From Bdellovibrionota bacterium FG-1 (GTDB lineage: Bacteria; Bdellovibrionota; UBA1018), in the NCBI GenBank assembly GCA_051382295.1, contig JBBCAW010000046.1, positions 1 to 23,505 of the forward strand: a stretch of DNA of 23,505 nt, given 5' to 3'. The translations under genes were made by a program, and so were the position numbers. The notes under the pieces were generated by a model, which saw only the letters and a program-made list of their open reading frames with translations, did not search any database and was not told where the DNA came from. Shown here piece by piece: positions 1-9,824 of this stretch (position 1 is the stretch's first letter; the number at the start of each line of letters is the position of its first letter).

Positions 1-168
1 ACGCAACCGGTTACAAAAGGATCAAATGTTCAAGCTCAATACTCAAGCTTTCAAGTTATCAAGATGCCCTGGCCCATGGACCCCGCCAGACCGCCTTTTG
101 TGGTCCCTCTGCACAGCGTCCCTTCCATCGCCCGCAGGAGCAGGAGGCGTCCTCACTTTGTGGAGATT

Positions 169-633
169 TCACGCAGCTTTCCTGAACTCCCACTTAAATT
201 CGTAGTTCAACATAGCAGCAATCTCGATGAGACGGGATAATTCCTTTTTATAGTTGGTAGTATCCAGAAGCCGAGAGAGCTGTGAAAGGGAGGTATTCAG
301 CCTTCTTGCCAGCTCCCGCTTGGGAACGCCTTCCTTCTTGATAAACTCATTGAGCCTTTTGGTCATTTGAAAGAGGGTCTGCTCTTTCATATATTCAGGA
401 TTCTGGGCAATATGAAGCGGCTGATCAAAGGGTACAAAGTCCTTCTTCCCGCTCTCAAGTACCAAGTAAAAGGAATGCCCACTTACTTCGGGATCAGGAG
501 CAGCTTCCACGACCTTGCCCTTGATGCCTAAAGAAAAGTAGGGGCAGTCAACCTTTAGCCCCGTGCTGTATTCGAGATGAAACACCCGCTTCTTATTGTC
601 GAATTCAACCTTTTTGAACTTTTTGTGCTTCAT
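169..633 (-). CDS. Putative antitoxin: N-terminal DUF2442-like region plus C-terminal XRE-type HTH
   Basis: The C-terminal 'KRELARRLNTSLSQLSRLL' is a typical XRE HTH. The start overlaps the stop of the upstream small DUF4160-like gene (ATGA, 630-633). Confidence 0.7.
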   Translation of the reverse strand: MKHKKFKKVEFDNKKRVFHLEYSTGLKVDCPYFSLGIKGKVVEAAPDPEVSGHSFYLVLESGKKDFVPFDQPLHIAQNPEYMKEQTLFQMTKRLNEFIKKEGVPKRELARRLNTSLSQLSRLLDTTNYKKELSRLIEIAAMLNYEFKWEFRKAA

Positions 634-830
634 TTGAGGGTACCCTCTTTCAATAATGCCTTGAGAATTTCCCTAATTCGCCGGTTGATCTTACCTTCAA
701 TCAAGGTCAGTGCATCATCAAGTTCCACACGAGCCAGCAGCCGACCATCCTTTAAAACATGAACATGACGGGGGAGATGGTCACCCACCCAAAACTCAAA
801 AATGTAGCCACCCCGTTTGATCCTGCCCAT
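630..830 (-). CDS. DUF4160-family small protein, putative type II TA toxin
   Basis: Contains the motif 'F-W-x-G-D-H-L-P-R-H-V-H-V', matching the DUF4160 DHxPxHVH signature. The ATG at 830 is preferred over the ORF-track start at 854 because the predicted promoter lies at 843-872. Confidence 0.7.
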   Translation of the reverse strand: MGRIKRGGYIFEFWVGDHLPRHVHVLKDGRLLARVELDDALTLIEGKINRRIREILKALLKEGTLK

Positions 831-842
831 GCTCTGATCAAT

Positions 843-872
843 ACGATACCGCACATGGTATCACTTTGTCAA
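843..872 (-). promoter_or_regulatory. Sigma70-type promoter of the TA-like operon with an overlapping palindromic operator
   Basis: Minus strand reads TTGACA (872-867), 18 bp spacer, TATCGT (848-843). A perfect inverted repeat GATACC-N6-GGTATC at 845-862 overlaps the spacer and the -10. Confidence 0.7.
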
Positions 873-1149
873 GATACTCGACTATATCCGATTACGCACT
901 CACGCATCCTTTTACTGCCCCCTTTTGCCGGACTAGCCGTTCCCTCGAGACAAGCCGCCTATTCGGCCGAATCCCGGCCTCGACTCCATGAAAATGCAAA
1001 ACATTCTTTGCTAAATCAATACCAAGTACGGTAATTTTTACATCCGCAATGGGTCCAGTCCTTTTCGGGACCGATTTAGCCCAAATTAGGGTCTAACTGA
1101 GGAAGAGCCGTTGAACATAGAGCCACGCAACGTCTCAAATAGGAGCGTC

Positions 1150-1950
1150 ATGACCATGAAATTTGTTGTGAAGGTTTTGTCAGCGGAGGCTCTTCTCACC
1201 GCTGCCTTAATTTTATGTTCAGTGTCAGTTGCCCAGGCTGAACCTCCGCCAAATGAGCCCACTGCGCAACCCAGCCCTGCAATAGAACCTTCACCCGCAC
1301 CCGCACCCTCGCCAACAGTAGTACCCGGATCTCAACGGTGGACCGGAGGCAGTGGCGGATTAATATTGGGCTATTCGCCTCTATTTAGGCCCAAAATCGC
1401 AACCGCTTCGCGGCTGAACTGTGATAAATTTTCAAGTTTCGATGTGGGTTTAGAACTCAAAAATAATGTTTCGATCAGTGCGAGAATCAGCGGTGCCACG
1501 GTACCCTCGCTTACAGTTTATAATTCAAGCGCCTTTCAGACGACATATTATACCGACGCACCGGCCTCCCTTTATGAGATCCTGGTGTCGATCAATGCTC
1601 CTTTAAACGAGCCTTATTCGAAGTTAGGACCGGTGCAATTTTTTCTTCCCCTTCAGTTTGGGAGTTCCTACCTCACGATCACGGGCGGCTCAAACAAATA
1701 TACGGCGATGGCATTCGAGGGCGCACTCGGCCTGGGTGCCCGAGTTTACACGTGGAGCACGGTGAGATTCGACATTTCTGGGCTTTATCGGTTCGGATTG
1801 CCCTTGATTGGAATTACACAAAGCGACTCGACGCTCGTCACGGTACAGAATTCCATCGGTGAAAATATCAAATCAAGCCTTGAGGGAATGGAGATGAGGA
1901 TCGGAATCACGTTCATGCTTCCCTCTTCGCACGAGGACCAACAGCAATGA
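1150..1950 (+). CDS. Exported protein with Pro-rich linker and probable outer-membrane beta-barrel
   Basis: AGGAG RBS at 1141-1145 precedes the ATG at 1150. Signal peptide ending AQA, Pro-rich 'EPPPNEPTAQPSPAIEPSPAPAPSP', then amphipathic beta-strand patterns (GLGARVY, FDISGLYRFG, EMRIGITF). Confidence 0.55.
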   Translation: MTMKFVVKVLSAEALLTAALILCSVSVAQAEPPPNEPTAQPSPAIEPSPAPAPSPTVVPGSQRWTGGSGGLILGYSPLFRPKIATASRLNCDKFSSFDVGLELKNNVSISARISGATVPSLTVYNSSAFQTTYYTDAPASLYEILVSINAPLNEPYSKLGPVQFFLPLQFGSSYLTITGGSNKYTAMAFEGALGLGARVYTWSTVRFDISGLYRFGLPLIGITQSDSTLVTVQNSIGENIKSSLEGMEMRIGITFMLPSSHEDQQQ

Positions 1951-3035
1951 AAACGCTAAAAATCGTGACGCGAACGGCGCTCATCAGTCTCTTGCTTATG
2001 CTCGCATCCTGCTCCAACGATCTATCAAAAACAGCCACAGGAAAAACATTTGTGATCCGTGGAAAAGCGCTTTCGGGCGCACATCCCGGCACACGAAAAC
2101 CTGTCGCCGGCGGTTACGTCGGACTTGTGAGTCCGGAGCCCAGCAAATGGATGCCACTCAGTTTTGCCACCCAAAGTGGAGTTCCCAATAAGGCAGTGAC
2201 CAACGCCGACGGCAGCTTCACCTTCACCGTCGATTTGAGCATTATTGTGACGGAGTATCCGATCTTTTTGGCCGTCAGCGATTCGGGTCAAACGTACACG
2301 ATGATCTCCGAAATCCCCGTCAATCTCGCAGTCGAAGATGCACAACTGGATTTGAATATCAACCCAACGACGACGGTGGCCGGGCAAATGATCTGTCCTG
2401 GCGGGGTCTATCCCCCCAAGAGCAATGGTTATTGTTACAGCGACCCCAATAACGCTTCGACCACCAAAGACGCGATGGAGACGAGCATTGATAGTTTGCT
2501 TGCAGGTGCGGACGTAGCTGTTGAGACTGGGGCACCGCCGAATTGGAAAACCTTCATCACCACGTTGTTGAGTGACGCCGCGACTTTTGACGATCTCAAG
2601 GCGATACTGAACAAAGCCGGACTCACCTCAACTGACCTGACCGCTTCCGCGATTGAATCCTCGCTCATCAGCCTTCCGATCGTTACGGAACCCGTTTACG
2701 GAATCGATGACAATGACCCCAATCCTTCAACCCCTTCTGATAGTTCGGGTGGAGGATCATGCTCGGGGGGCTGGATTGGTTCAGAAGCGAGTTGCGTACC
2801 CCTGGGCGCAGGGGGAAGTTGCGTATGCTCGGGAAGCACCAGCACGTGCGTATCAAAGAGTGAGTTTGAGAGCGTGACGGGCCTCACCTTCCCTTCGGCC
2901 TGTGCGCCTGCTGGGACTACAGGATGTATGAACGGAGAAAAAGGCACGCTTATAAAACCGTGCTGCTCGGGTTTGTCTTGCAAATTGTCTTCGAAGTGCG
3001 GCGGAGGGAGTAACGTCGGGGGGATTTGTGGGTAA
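1947..3035 (+). CDS. Lipoprotein with Cys-rich C-terminal domain
   Basis: Lipobox 'LLMLAS-C', start overlaps the upstream stop (ATGA), Ser/Gly/Pro linker, then 12 Cys in the last ~91 aa. Confidence 0.7.
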   Translation: MKTLKIVTRTALISLLLMLASCSNDLSKTATGKTFVIRGKALSGAHPGTRKPVAGGYVGLVSPEPSKWMPLSFATQSGVPNKAVTNADGSFTFTVDLSIIVTEYPIFLAVSDSGQTYTMISEIPVNLAVEDAQLDLNINPTTTVAGQMICPGGVYPPKSNGYCYSDPNNASTTKDAMETSIDSLLAGADVAVETGAPPNWKTFITTLLSDAATFDDLKAILNKAGLTSTDLTASAIESSLISLPIVTEPVYGIDDNDPNPSTPSDSSGGGSCSGGWIGSEASCVPLGAGGSCVCSGSTSTCVSKSEFESVTGLTFPSACAPAGTTGCMNGEKGTLIKPCCSGLSCKLSSKCGGGSNVGGICG

Positions 3036-3198
3036 GTGAAAACAAAATCCAAGCCGAAACGGTGGTCAGGGTCCATCAGGGTTCGCCCGCCGCACCTGAG
3101 CTATCCAGAGGTGCAGGGCACCTTTTGCCGATTGAAGTGGGTCCAAAATGGGTTAAACTCTTATTAACACCCATTCGGAATGATCTCCATGGAGGGAG

Positions 3199-4563
3199 AT
3201 GCTTCATCGGCGAAAAGTAGTTTATCAGACGATTTTCCCACTTGTTTTGTTCTTTTGCGGTTTGAGCCAGCCCGCTCTTTCGGCGGGGTTCATTCGTTTT
3301 GATTCATCGAGCTTTCTTCGTCACTCCGACGAACGTGGAGACATGTCCTCGACTTTGGTGTTAGGGCCTGAGGTTTATACCGAGGGAAGATGGGTCGCGG
3401 CCGAGATGGATCTTAAAGGAATTGCGTTTATCCAAGATCGCAACTCTTTTACTGTCGAGGCTGGTAATCTCTATTTTGCCACGAGCCCAAAACTTGTGCA
3501 GCACCACCAGATTACGGTTGGGCGCCGTAGCTATGATTTCAGCACCATGGAAAATGAATGGGGTCTAGGCCTCTGGAACGCGCGTTTTCTTTGGAATCCT
3601 CTGAAGCCTGAGCGCATCGGCTTGACGGGTCTATTTTATTCTTATCAGACCCCCCGGTGGCGAGTTCTCGCATTCGGTACGCCCCTTTCTCCACCGGAGC
3701 GGAGCTATCCCATTCGCGAGATTCGGGGACGTTTGGATTCATCGAGTCCAGATTGGATCCCTCCTTACGACTCTCTTGTCATGATGAATCGTCAGGTTCC
3801 CATCAATTACACGATTGTGTATCCGCCTATGAGCGAGCTTCTCATTCGGCCCGGGGGGGCTATACAGATCCGGTATGGAGCCGAGGACGGCCCTTGGGTG
3901 GCCGGTACCTATGGGGTCATGCCGATGCATCAAGCGCAATTAGCGGTAGATGCAGGGTATGTCCCTCAAAAGGGCGTGGTCGATGCGATTGTACACCCTA
4001 GAACGTTATTTCATCATCTTGCCACGGGCGAGGCTGGGTACCGGGGTAAGCTTTGGTCGGTTTGGGCTTCAGCGACAGGCGAATCCCCGATCCAAAAAGC
4101 GACACCGGCAAGTTGGCAGGCCGACCCTATGGGGCCCGCCCTTCTCACCTCGGGAGGTGGCGAAATTCGCTTGGATCATATTTTTTCGTTGAGTGCCTCG
4201 TACCTGGGCGTGGACGAAAGCAAGCCGGCACCTTCGCCTGACGCTGTTCCGTTGAATATGCCCTCGAGATTTGAATTTCAGAAGGCTACGCTCATCGAAG
4301 GCAGATGGACTGGTCTCCCCTATTTTACGCTGAATGTGCGTTGGATTTACGACCTGGGCCAGACCAGTAGCTTGTTATCGCTCGACTTATTGTATCAGCC
4401 GTTTAGCAAGGATAACAGTGCTCTGAAGGCGATGTTTGGCGGCCCTGGCTCGTTGACCTTTGGGGTGGGATCCGATTTAATTTCGAGCGCTGATGGAACA
4501 GGCTTTATAGGCCAATATGTGGGCAATGATCGAGTTCGAGGAAGGATATCCTATGCATTCTAG
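3199..4563 (+). CDS. Hypothetical outer-membrane beta-barrel protein
   Basis: GGAGG RBS upstream, signal peptide ending ALSA, many aromatic amphipathic strands, and a C-terminal 'GRISYAF' that fits the BAM beta-signal (terminal Phe). Confidence 0.6.
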   Translation: MLHRRKVVYQTIFPLVLFFCGLSQPALSAGFIRFDSSSFLRHSDERGDMSSTLVLGPEVYTEGRWVAAEMDLKGIAFIQDRNSFTVEAGNLYFATSPKLVQHHQITVGRRSYDFSTMENEWGLGLWNARFLWNPLKPERIGLTGLFYSYQTPRWRVLAFGTPLSPPERSYPIREIRGRLDSSSPDWIPPYDSLVMMNRQVPINYTIVYPPMSELLIRPGGAIQIRYGAEDGPWVAGTYGVMPMHQAQLAVDAGYVPQKGVVDAIVHPRTLFHHLATGEAGYRGKLWSVWASATGESPIQKATPASWQADPMGPALLTSGGGEIRLDHIFSLSASYLGVDESKPAPSPDAVPLNMPSRFEFQKATLIEGRWTGLPYFTLNVRWIYDLGQTSSLLSLDLLYQPFSKDNSALKAMFGGPGSLTFGVGSDLISSADGTGFIGQYVGNDRVRGRISYAF

Positions 4564-6844
4564 GTTAGGTGTCTTTTCGTCCTTTATCATGGCGGCGTGT
4601 CTCTTGACCTCATGCGGTTTGCTAGGGAATAAAGGTGAAATCAACAAGCTTCTGGATTTTGCGCCCGATTCGATTGGCTGTATGAATGATGCGGGCCCTC
4701 GTGTGCAAGCCTATTATAGCGGGACAATCGACCCCGCTACTTGGGGCGCCACCTGGGATTGTGCGACAAACTCCTTAACGTTATTCAAGAAATTCGTTCG
4801 TACGAGTGTGACGGACGGCTATACTCAAAATGATATTCGAGCCCTTCTGGGGGCGTTTCTCATGACCAATGTCTCGGTCTCCCCAGCGCTCGTCAATGCG
4901 CTGTTTGAGCTCAAGGCCTCACTTTTTGGGGGCGCTAAAGATACGCTTACTTTGAGTGAGATTGATGCGCTGATCGATTTTTTAAAAGTGGGAAAGACGG
5001 AATCAACTCGCCTGATTCCTCTTTTGGCTAAACGGGCCATGGAACCTAGCCCTCAAAATCTGTTGGATTTGACGGATGCCCTCCTGACAGTGGGCGATAA
5101 TTTAGCTGCCGGTTTCAAAACCACCGGAAATCCCCTGTTTTCTTGGGGGTCTGTTCAGGTCTTCACTAATGAGATCGCAAAAATACTTCATTTGGACTTG
5201 GAGCCTGAGACCGCAGCATGGGTGAGCGCCGTCAAGGTGCTCTTCCTGGCGGGTTCCAGGGCCGGAATCGAAGCGGATACTTGGCCTCGTCTGATTCGTA
5301 CCGCAGTCTCTTACGGGGGCCCAGCTTTAGCTGCGTTTAGCATTGATTCCAAATATTTGGTTGGTCCGAACGCGACTGGGCAATTTGTGATGAGCCTGGC
5401 ATGGAAAATCAAAACCAGTCTTTTGCAAACACTTGACCTTTATGGGGGCGCGTTACCGCTTTCCGTGCTCGATAATGTCATCGACGCCCTTCCGGATAAG
5501 TGGATCACCATGGAGCGTCCGGCGCTCAAAAATGCGCTCAGGCCCCTGAGTAAACGGATTTTACAGAGCCGGGTTCCAGACGCCATTGATCATGCCGCGA
5601 TCGATTTAGTTTTTAATAAATTGGATTTTTGGAGCCGCGGGCAAACTCACCTTGAGCGCATCTTTGAGCGTATGAAGGTCGGGAGTGAGGGCGTGAATAC
5701 GGACCGTTTTACCGACGAAGCCACTCGATACGTAGACCAGGAGGTGAGTTCGCCTCATAAGGCCGAAGTTTACCGCTTGATGTTGCTCGCGCGCCAAAAT
5801 CGGCCCCTTTTCCTGACTGACGACAATCAAATTACTTTTACTCCCATGCAAAACCATACTCTGACGAATCTAAGTCGTTTTCATTGGATTCGCCTTGCGG
5901 CTGAGCATCTCTTGCAATGCTATTCGTCCACGCCCGACCATATGAAGGGCACCGTTGAGGATCTCAAGAAAATTGTGGACGATTTCGGCGATTTTGGCCG
6001 AGCCCTCCATTTTGTCGATACCAGTATTCCAGATTTGCACATAAAGCGGTTTCGGGAAGCCAATCTTTTTACCTTTTCCAGCAATGGTGATCAATATATC
6101 GATGCGGACGAAGCGACATCGTATATCGCGATGCTATTTTCGGCAGCGACCCTCTCGCGTCGGCTTAGAGAGGGTACGGACTCCGCGTGTCCGAGTCTAG
6201 GTACTGATTTATTAGGGAATAATTGGAAGGATCCGGTCTGTTTTAAACGAGAGCTATTTGATAATTTCAGGGCCTACTGGGACCACTTTCCGCTTCTCGT
6301 TCGATTTTACGAAGGCCTAAAAGCGTCGGACCGAATTTTACTGCAGAATGCGATGGAGACTGCGGCGCGGCGATACGGGATTTCGGGTGAGCCTATTGGC
6401 AGCGTCGATCAGGATAGCTTTGCCGGCATTACTCAATATATTGAGACACTTTTCGCGAGATTTGACGATGACTCCAGTCAGACCCTCAGTTTAAGCGAGG
6501 CCATGAAGGCTTATCCCGTATTTAAGGCATCATTGGCGGAATTAGGGCATTTGGATCCAAATGGCGAATTTTTGTTGAACGCGGTTTACACCTATATGGT
6601 GAAATACGGTCACGCTCCCACGAATGACTTTGTGGGGACGATGTCCTTGGTGGGGTGGATTCTGCAAAAACCATTTTGGACGCTCAATTCAGACCGGCTG
6701 GTCCTATTTAAGATGATTGGAAGCATTAGCGTCGCGGAGCCGCTCCCTGGGGCAAACCCGGCCAACTCGACGCCCAAAATGGAGATCAACAGCGTCCCTG
6801 TTTGGATAGGTTTAGGTGATCCAGGCGCTATTTCCAACTTGTAG
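4553..6844 (+). CDS. Large helical lipoprotein with EF-hand-like loops
   Basis: Lipobox 'LLTS-C' follows the ATG at 4553 (the ORF track starts at 4517). EF-hand-like 12-mers SSNGDQYIDADE (6077-6112) and DDDSSQTLSLSE (6464-6499). Confidence 0.65.
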   Translation: MHSRLGVFSSFIMAACLLTSCGLLGNKGEINKLLDFAPDSIGCMNDAGPRVQAYYSGTIDPATWGATWDCATNSLTLFKKFVRTSVTDGYTQNDIRALLGAFLMTNVSVSPALVNALFELKASLFGGAKDTLTLSEIDALIDFLKVGKTESTRLIPLLAKRAMEPSPQNLLDLTDALLTVGDNLAAGFKTTGNPLFSWGSVQVFTNEIAKILHLDLEPETAAWVSAVKVLFLAGSRAGIEADTWPRLIRTAVSYGGPALAAFSIDSKYLVGPNATGQFVMSLAWKIKTSLLQTLDLYGGALPLSVLDNVIDALPDKWITMERPALKNALRPLSKRILQSRVPDAIDHAAIDLVFNKLDFWSRGQTHLERIFERMKVGSEGVNTDRFTDEATRYVDQEVSSPHKAEVYRLMLLARQNRPLFLTDDNQITFTPMQNHTLTNLSRFHWIRLAAEHLLQCYSSTPDHMKGTVEDLKKIVDDFGDFGRALHFVDTSIPDLHIKRFREANLFTFSSNGDQYIDADEATSYIAMLFSAATLSRRLREGTDSACPSLGTDLLGNNWKDPVCFKRELFDNFRAYWDHFPLLVRFYEGLKASDRILLQNAMETAARRYGISGEPIGSVDQDSFAGITQYIETLFARFDDDSSQTLSLSEAMKAYPVFKASLAELGHLDPNGEFLLNAVYTYMVKYGHAPTNDFVGTMSLVGWILQKPFWTLNSDRLVLFKMIGSISVAEPLPGANPANSTPKMEINSVPVWIGLGDPGAISNL

Positions 6845-6892
6845 TTGATTCTATTGCTTCAAATTTGTCCAATTTTGTGGCAAAAAAATCCA

Positions 6893-9313
6893 ATGCCTTA
6901 TCAACATGTGATTACTGAGCCGAAATGGCAAAAACATTGGCAGGACCGCTCTGTTTTTCGCGCCGAAACCGCAAGTCAAAAGCCTAAATACTATGTTTTG
7001 GATATGTTTCCCTATCCCAGTAGTTCGGGCCTCCATGTGGGGCACCCCGAGGGCTATACGGCCACCGATATTCTTGCTCGCTATAAAAGGGCGCGGGGTT
7101 TTAATGTTTTGCACCCGATGGGTTGGGACGCGTTTGGGTTGCCGGCTGAACAATACGCTTTGCAGACCGGCGTTCATCCCGCAATCACTACTGAAAATGC
7201 CATTGGAAATTTTCGCCGGCAACTTCAGGCGCTGGGTTTTAGTTTTGACTGGTCCCGAGAGATCGCCACAAGTGATCCCAAGTATTATAAATGGACTCAG
7301 TTTATATTTTTGAAACTTTTTGAACGGGGTCTGGCCTACCAAAAAGAAGTCCCGGTGAATTGGTGTCCTGCGCTGAAGACAGTATTGGCTAACGAGGAAG
7401 TGGTTGAGGGCAAATCCGAACGCGGCGGTCATCCGGTGTTTCGCGTGCCCATGAAACAGTGGATGCTCAAGATTACTGATTATGCTGAGCGCCTCCTTAA
7501 GGACCTCGATCAGCTCGATTGGCCGGAAGGGACCAAAGAGCTTCAGCGTAATTGGATTGGGCGCAGCGAAGGACTTTTGGCTCATTTTAAGATCGAGGGT
7601 CACGCCGAAGAGTTGGAGATTTTTACCACCCGCCCTGACACCATTTTTGGCGCGACTTTTATGGTTCTTGCGCCGGAACATCCCCTCGTTGAAAAGATTA
7701 CGACGGCCGAGCAAAAGGCCACAATCGATAGTTACCGTAAAGCGGCTTCGCAGAAATCCGAAATTGCGCGTCAGGATCAGGCTAAAGAGAAGACCGGCGT
7801 TTTTACGGGAGCTTTTGCGATAAATCCACTGAATGGCGAGCGGACTCCCATTTGGATCGCGGATTACGTGATGATGGGGTACGGTACGGGCGCGATCATG
7901 GCGGTTCCGGCGCATGATGATCGAGACCATGCTTTCGCCCAAATCTATCAGTTGCCGATCATCGAAGTGGTGGAGCCGCCGGCAGTCGTCAAGTTTGAAG
8001 GGTGTTTTACGGGACAAGGTGTTGCGATTCATTCCGGTTTTATTAACGGGTTGAGCACCGCTCAGGCCTCGGATGCCGTCATTCAGTGGGCTGAAAAAAA
8101 TGGATGCGGTAAACGTACGGTTCAGTACAAATTGCGGGACTGGCTTTTTTCGCGTCAACGATATTGGGGCGAGCCGTTTCCGATTATTCATCGTGCCGGG
8201 CAAGCGCATGCTGTACCTGTTGATGAGTTGCCCGTTACTCTTCCGGTGGTTCAGAGCTATGAACCCACGGGTACGGGTGAAAGTCCTTTGGCGGCCATTA
8301 CCGAATGGGTGAACACCCAGGATTCCCAAAGGCACGGGCCGGGCAGACGTGAGACCGACACCATGCCGGGGAGCGCAGGATCTTCTTGGTATTTTTTGCG
8401 ATACATTGACCCTCACAATGATCAGGCTCCTTGGAGCAAAGAAGCCGAAAAATATTGGATGCCGGTCGATCTGTATTTGGGAGGTCCGGAACACGCGGTC
8501 GGGCATTTATTGTATGCACGCTTTTGGACTAAAGTTCTTTTTGATTTGGGCCTAGTTACCCACGATGAACCTTTTCAACGGCTGGTTCATCAAGGAATGA
8601 TTTTGGGCGAAGATGGCGAAAAGATGTCCAAGTCACGTGGAAACGTGGTCAATCCGGATCAGGTGATCGAGAAGTTTGGTGCGGATTCGCTGCGCGCATA
8701 TCTCATGTTTATGGGGCCGCTTGATCGCGACAAACCTTGGTCTGCTACTGCCATAGAAGGCGTCTATCGGTTTTTGCAACGTGTTTGGCGGGTGTTTTGT
8801 GATGAACGAAATGAGGATCGCTTGGTGGCGAGTGATGAAAAGGCCACGGAGGCGGATCTGAGGATTACCCACAAAACAATCAAGAAGGTGACTGAAGATA
8901 TCGAAAATCTTCGCTTCAATACGGCTATTAGCCAGATGATGATTTGGGTCAATCACATGACTGGAGTCGAAAAGAAGCCCCGAGAATGTTTGCGGCCTTT
9001 TGTGCAGTTATTGAATCCCTTTGCGCCCCACTTGGCCGAAGAACTTTGGCAGCGGCTGGGCGAAACCACTGAGTTGACTTTTGCGCCTTGGCCCGTCTTT
9101 GAACCCACTTTCGCTCAGGATGAGCTAGTCACGGTGGCGATTCAGGTGATGGGAAAGACTCGGGGCACAGTATCGGTTGATCCGGGTGCGGACCAGGCCG
9201 TCGTCGAGGCGGAGGCTCGTAAAATCCATCAAGTGGCTAATCAATTACAAGGTAAGACAGTGCGTAAAGTGATCTTTGTCAAAGATAAGATTCTGAACTT
9301 TGTCGTGGGTTAA
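6893..9313 (+). CDS. leuS: Leucine--tRNA ligase
   Basis: Class I motifs 'MFPYPSSSGLHVGH' and 'KMSKS', editing-domain 'FTTRPDT' and 'GTGAIMAVPAHD', and a typical C-terminal 'KVIFVKDKILNFV'. Confidence 0.98.
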   Translation: MPYQHVITEPKWQKHWQDRSVFRAETASQKPKYYVLDMFPYPSSSGLHVGHPEGYTATDILARYKRARGFNVLHPMGWDAFGLPAEQYALQTGVHPAITTENAIGNFRRQLQALGFSFDWSREIATSDPKYYKWTQFIFLKLFERGLAYQKEVPVNWCPALKTVLANEEVVEGKSERGGHPVFRVPMKQWMLKITDYAERLLKDLDQLDWPEGTKELQRNWIGRSEGLLAHFKIEGHAEELEIFTTRPDTIFGATFMVLAPEHPLVEKITTAEQKATIDSYRKAASQKSEIARQDQAKEKTGVFTGAFAINPLNGERTPIWIADYVMMGYGTGAIMAVPAHDDRDHAFAQIYQLPIIEVVEPPAVVKFEGCFTGQGVAIHSGFINGLSTAQASDAVIQWAEKNGCGKRTVQYKLRDWLFSRQRYWGEPFPIIHRAGQAHAVPVDELPVTLPVVQSYEPTGTGESPLAAITEWVNTQDSQRHGPGRRETDTMPGSAGSSWYFLRYIDPHNDQAPWSKEAEKYWMPVDLYLGGPEHAVGHLLYARFWTKVLFDLGLVTHDEPFQRLVHQGMILGEDGEKMSKSRGNVVNPDQVIEKFGADSLRAYLMFMGPLDRDKPWSATAIEGVYRFLQRVWRVFCDERNEDRLVASDEKATEADLRITHKTIKKVTEDIENLRFNTAISQMMIWVNHMTGVEKKPRECLRPFVQLLNPFAPHLAEELWQRLGETTELTFAPWPVFEPTFAQDELVTVAIQVMGKTRGTVSVDPGADQAVVEAEARKIHQVANQLQGKTVRKVIFVKDKILNFVVG

Positions 9314-9762
9314 CTGGCGTGCGAAAGCAAGGTGCGTTCCAGTTCTTCACAATAATGTCGAACCATGGCCGCGTCGCCGTCATTCAAAAATGAGAAATTC
9401 AGTTTTATGCGGTAAGGAAAAGTATGTTGGGTTTGGATGCCGGGATTCAGCGTAAATTCACGGCAGTAGGCAACTCTTGCCGGAACGACTAGCGGTTCCG
9501 GACTTAAAAGTTGAAAATGGACTGTTTGGCCTATCGGGAGTGGGTGAGACAAAAAGAGCGTGACCCCTTCTGGCGTGAGGTCATTGAGGATCAATCTTGC
9601 GGAAACGCTATAGGGCTCATCGTAAGGCCCTGTTATTACGAGAAGATCTGCCTGGGTGCGCAGTAGGTGAATTTGGGTCGATTTTTTGCGCCGCTGAGCC
9701 GCTTTTTCGCGCATGAGAGTGCGTAAGTAATATTTTTGGCGGTATTTTGGGGGTTCCCACAT
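9310..9762 (-). CDS. PilZ-like domain protein
   Basis: Arg-rich N-terminal segment followed by 'LNDLTPEGVTLF' (a variant of D/N-x-S-x-x-G), beta-strands and a C-terminal helix as in PilZ domains. Confidence 0.6.
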   Translation of the reverse strand: MWEPPKYRQKYYLRTLMREKAAQRRKKSTQIHLLRTQADLLVITGPYDEPYSVSARLILNDLTPEGVTLFLSHPLPIGQTVHFQLLSPEPLVVPARVAYCREFTLNPGIQTQHTFPYRIKLNFSFLNDGDAAMVRHYCEELERTLLSHAS

Positions 9763-9824
9763 CGCGCGATTCCTCTAATAATCATTTCGGTGTTTTGGGG
9801 CCTGGCTTGAGCTACAATTGAAAA

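Noticed and set aside
6851..8506. 551-aa minus-strand ORF
   Set aside because: It lies entirely antisense to leuS and has no recognisable motifs, so it is a shadow ORF.
9310..9313. Convergent genes sharing a TTAA stop (also at 14981-14984)
   Set aside because: A common result of compact genomes, with no further signal.
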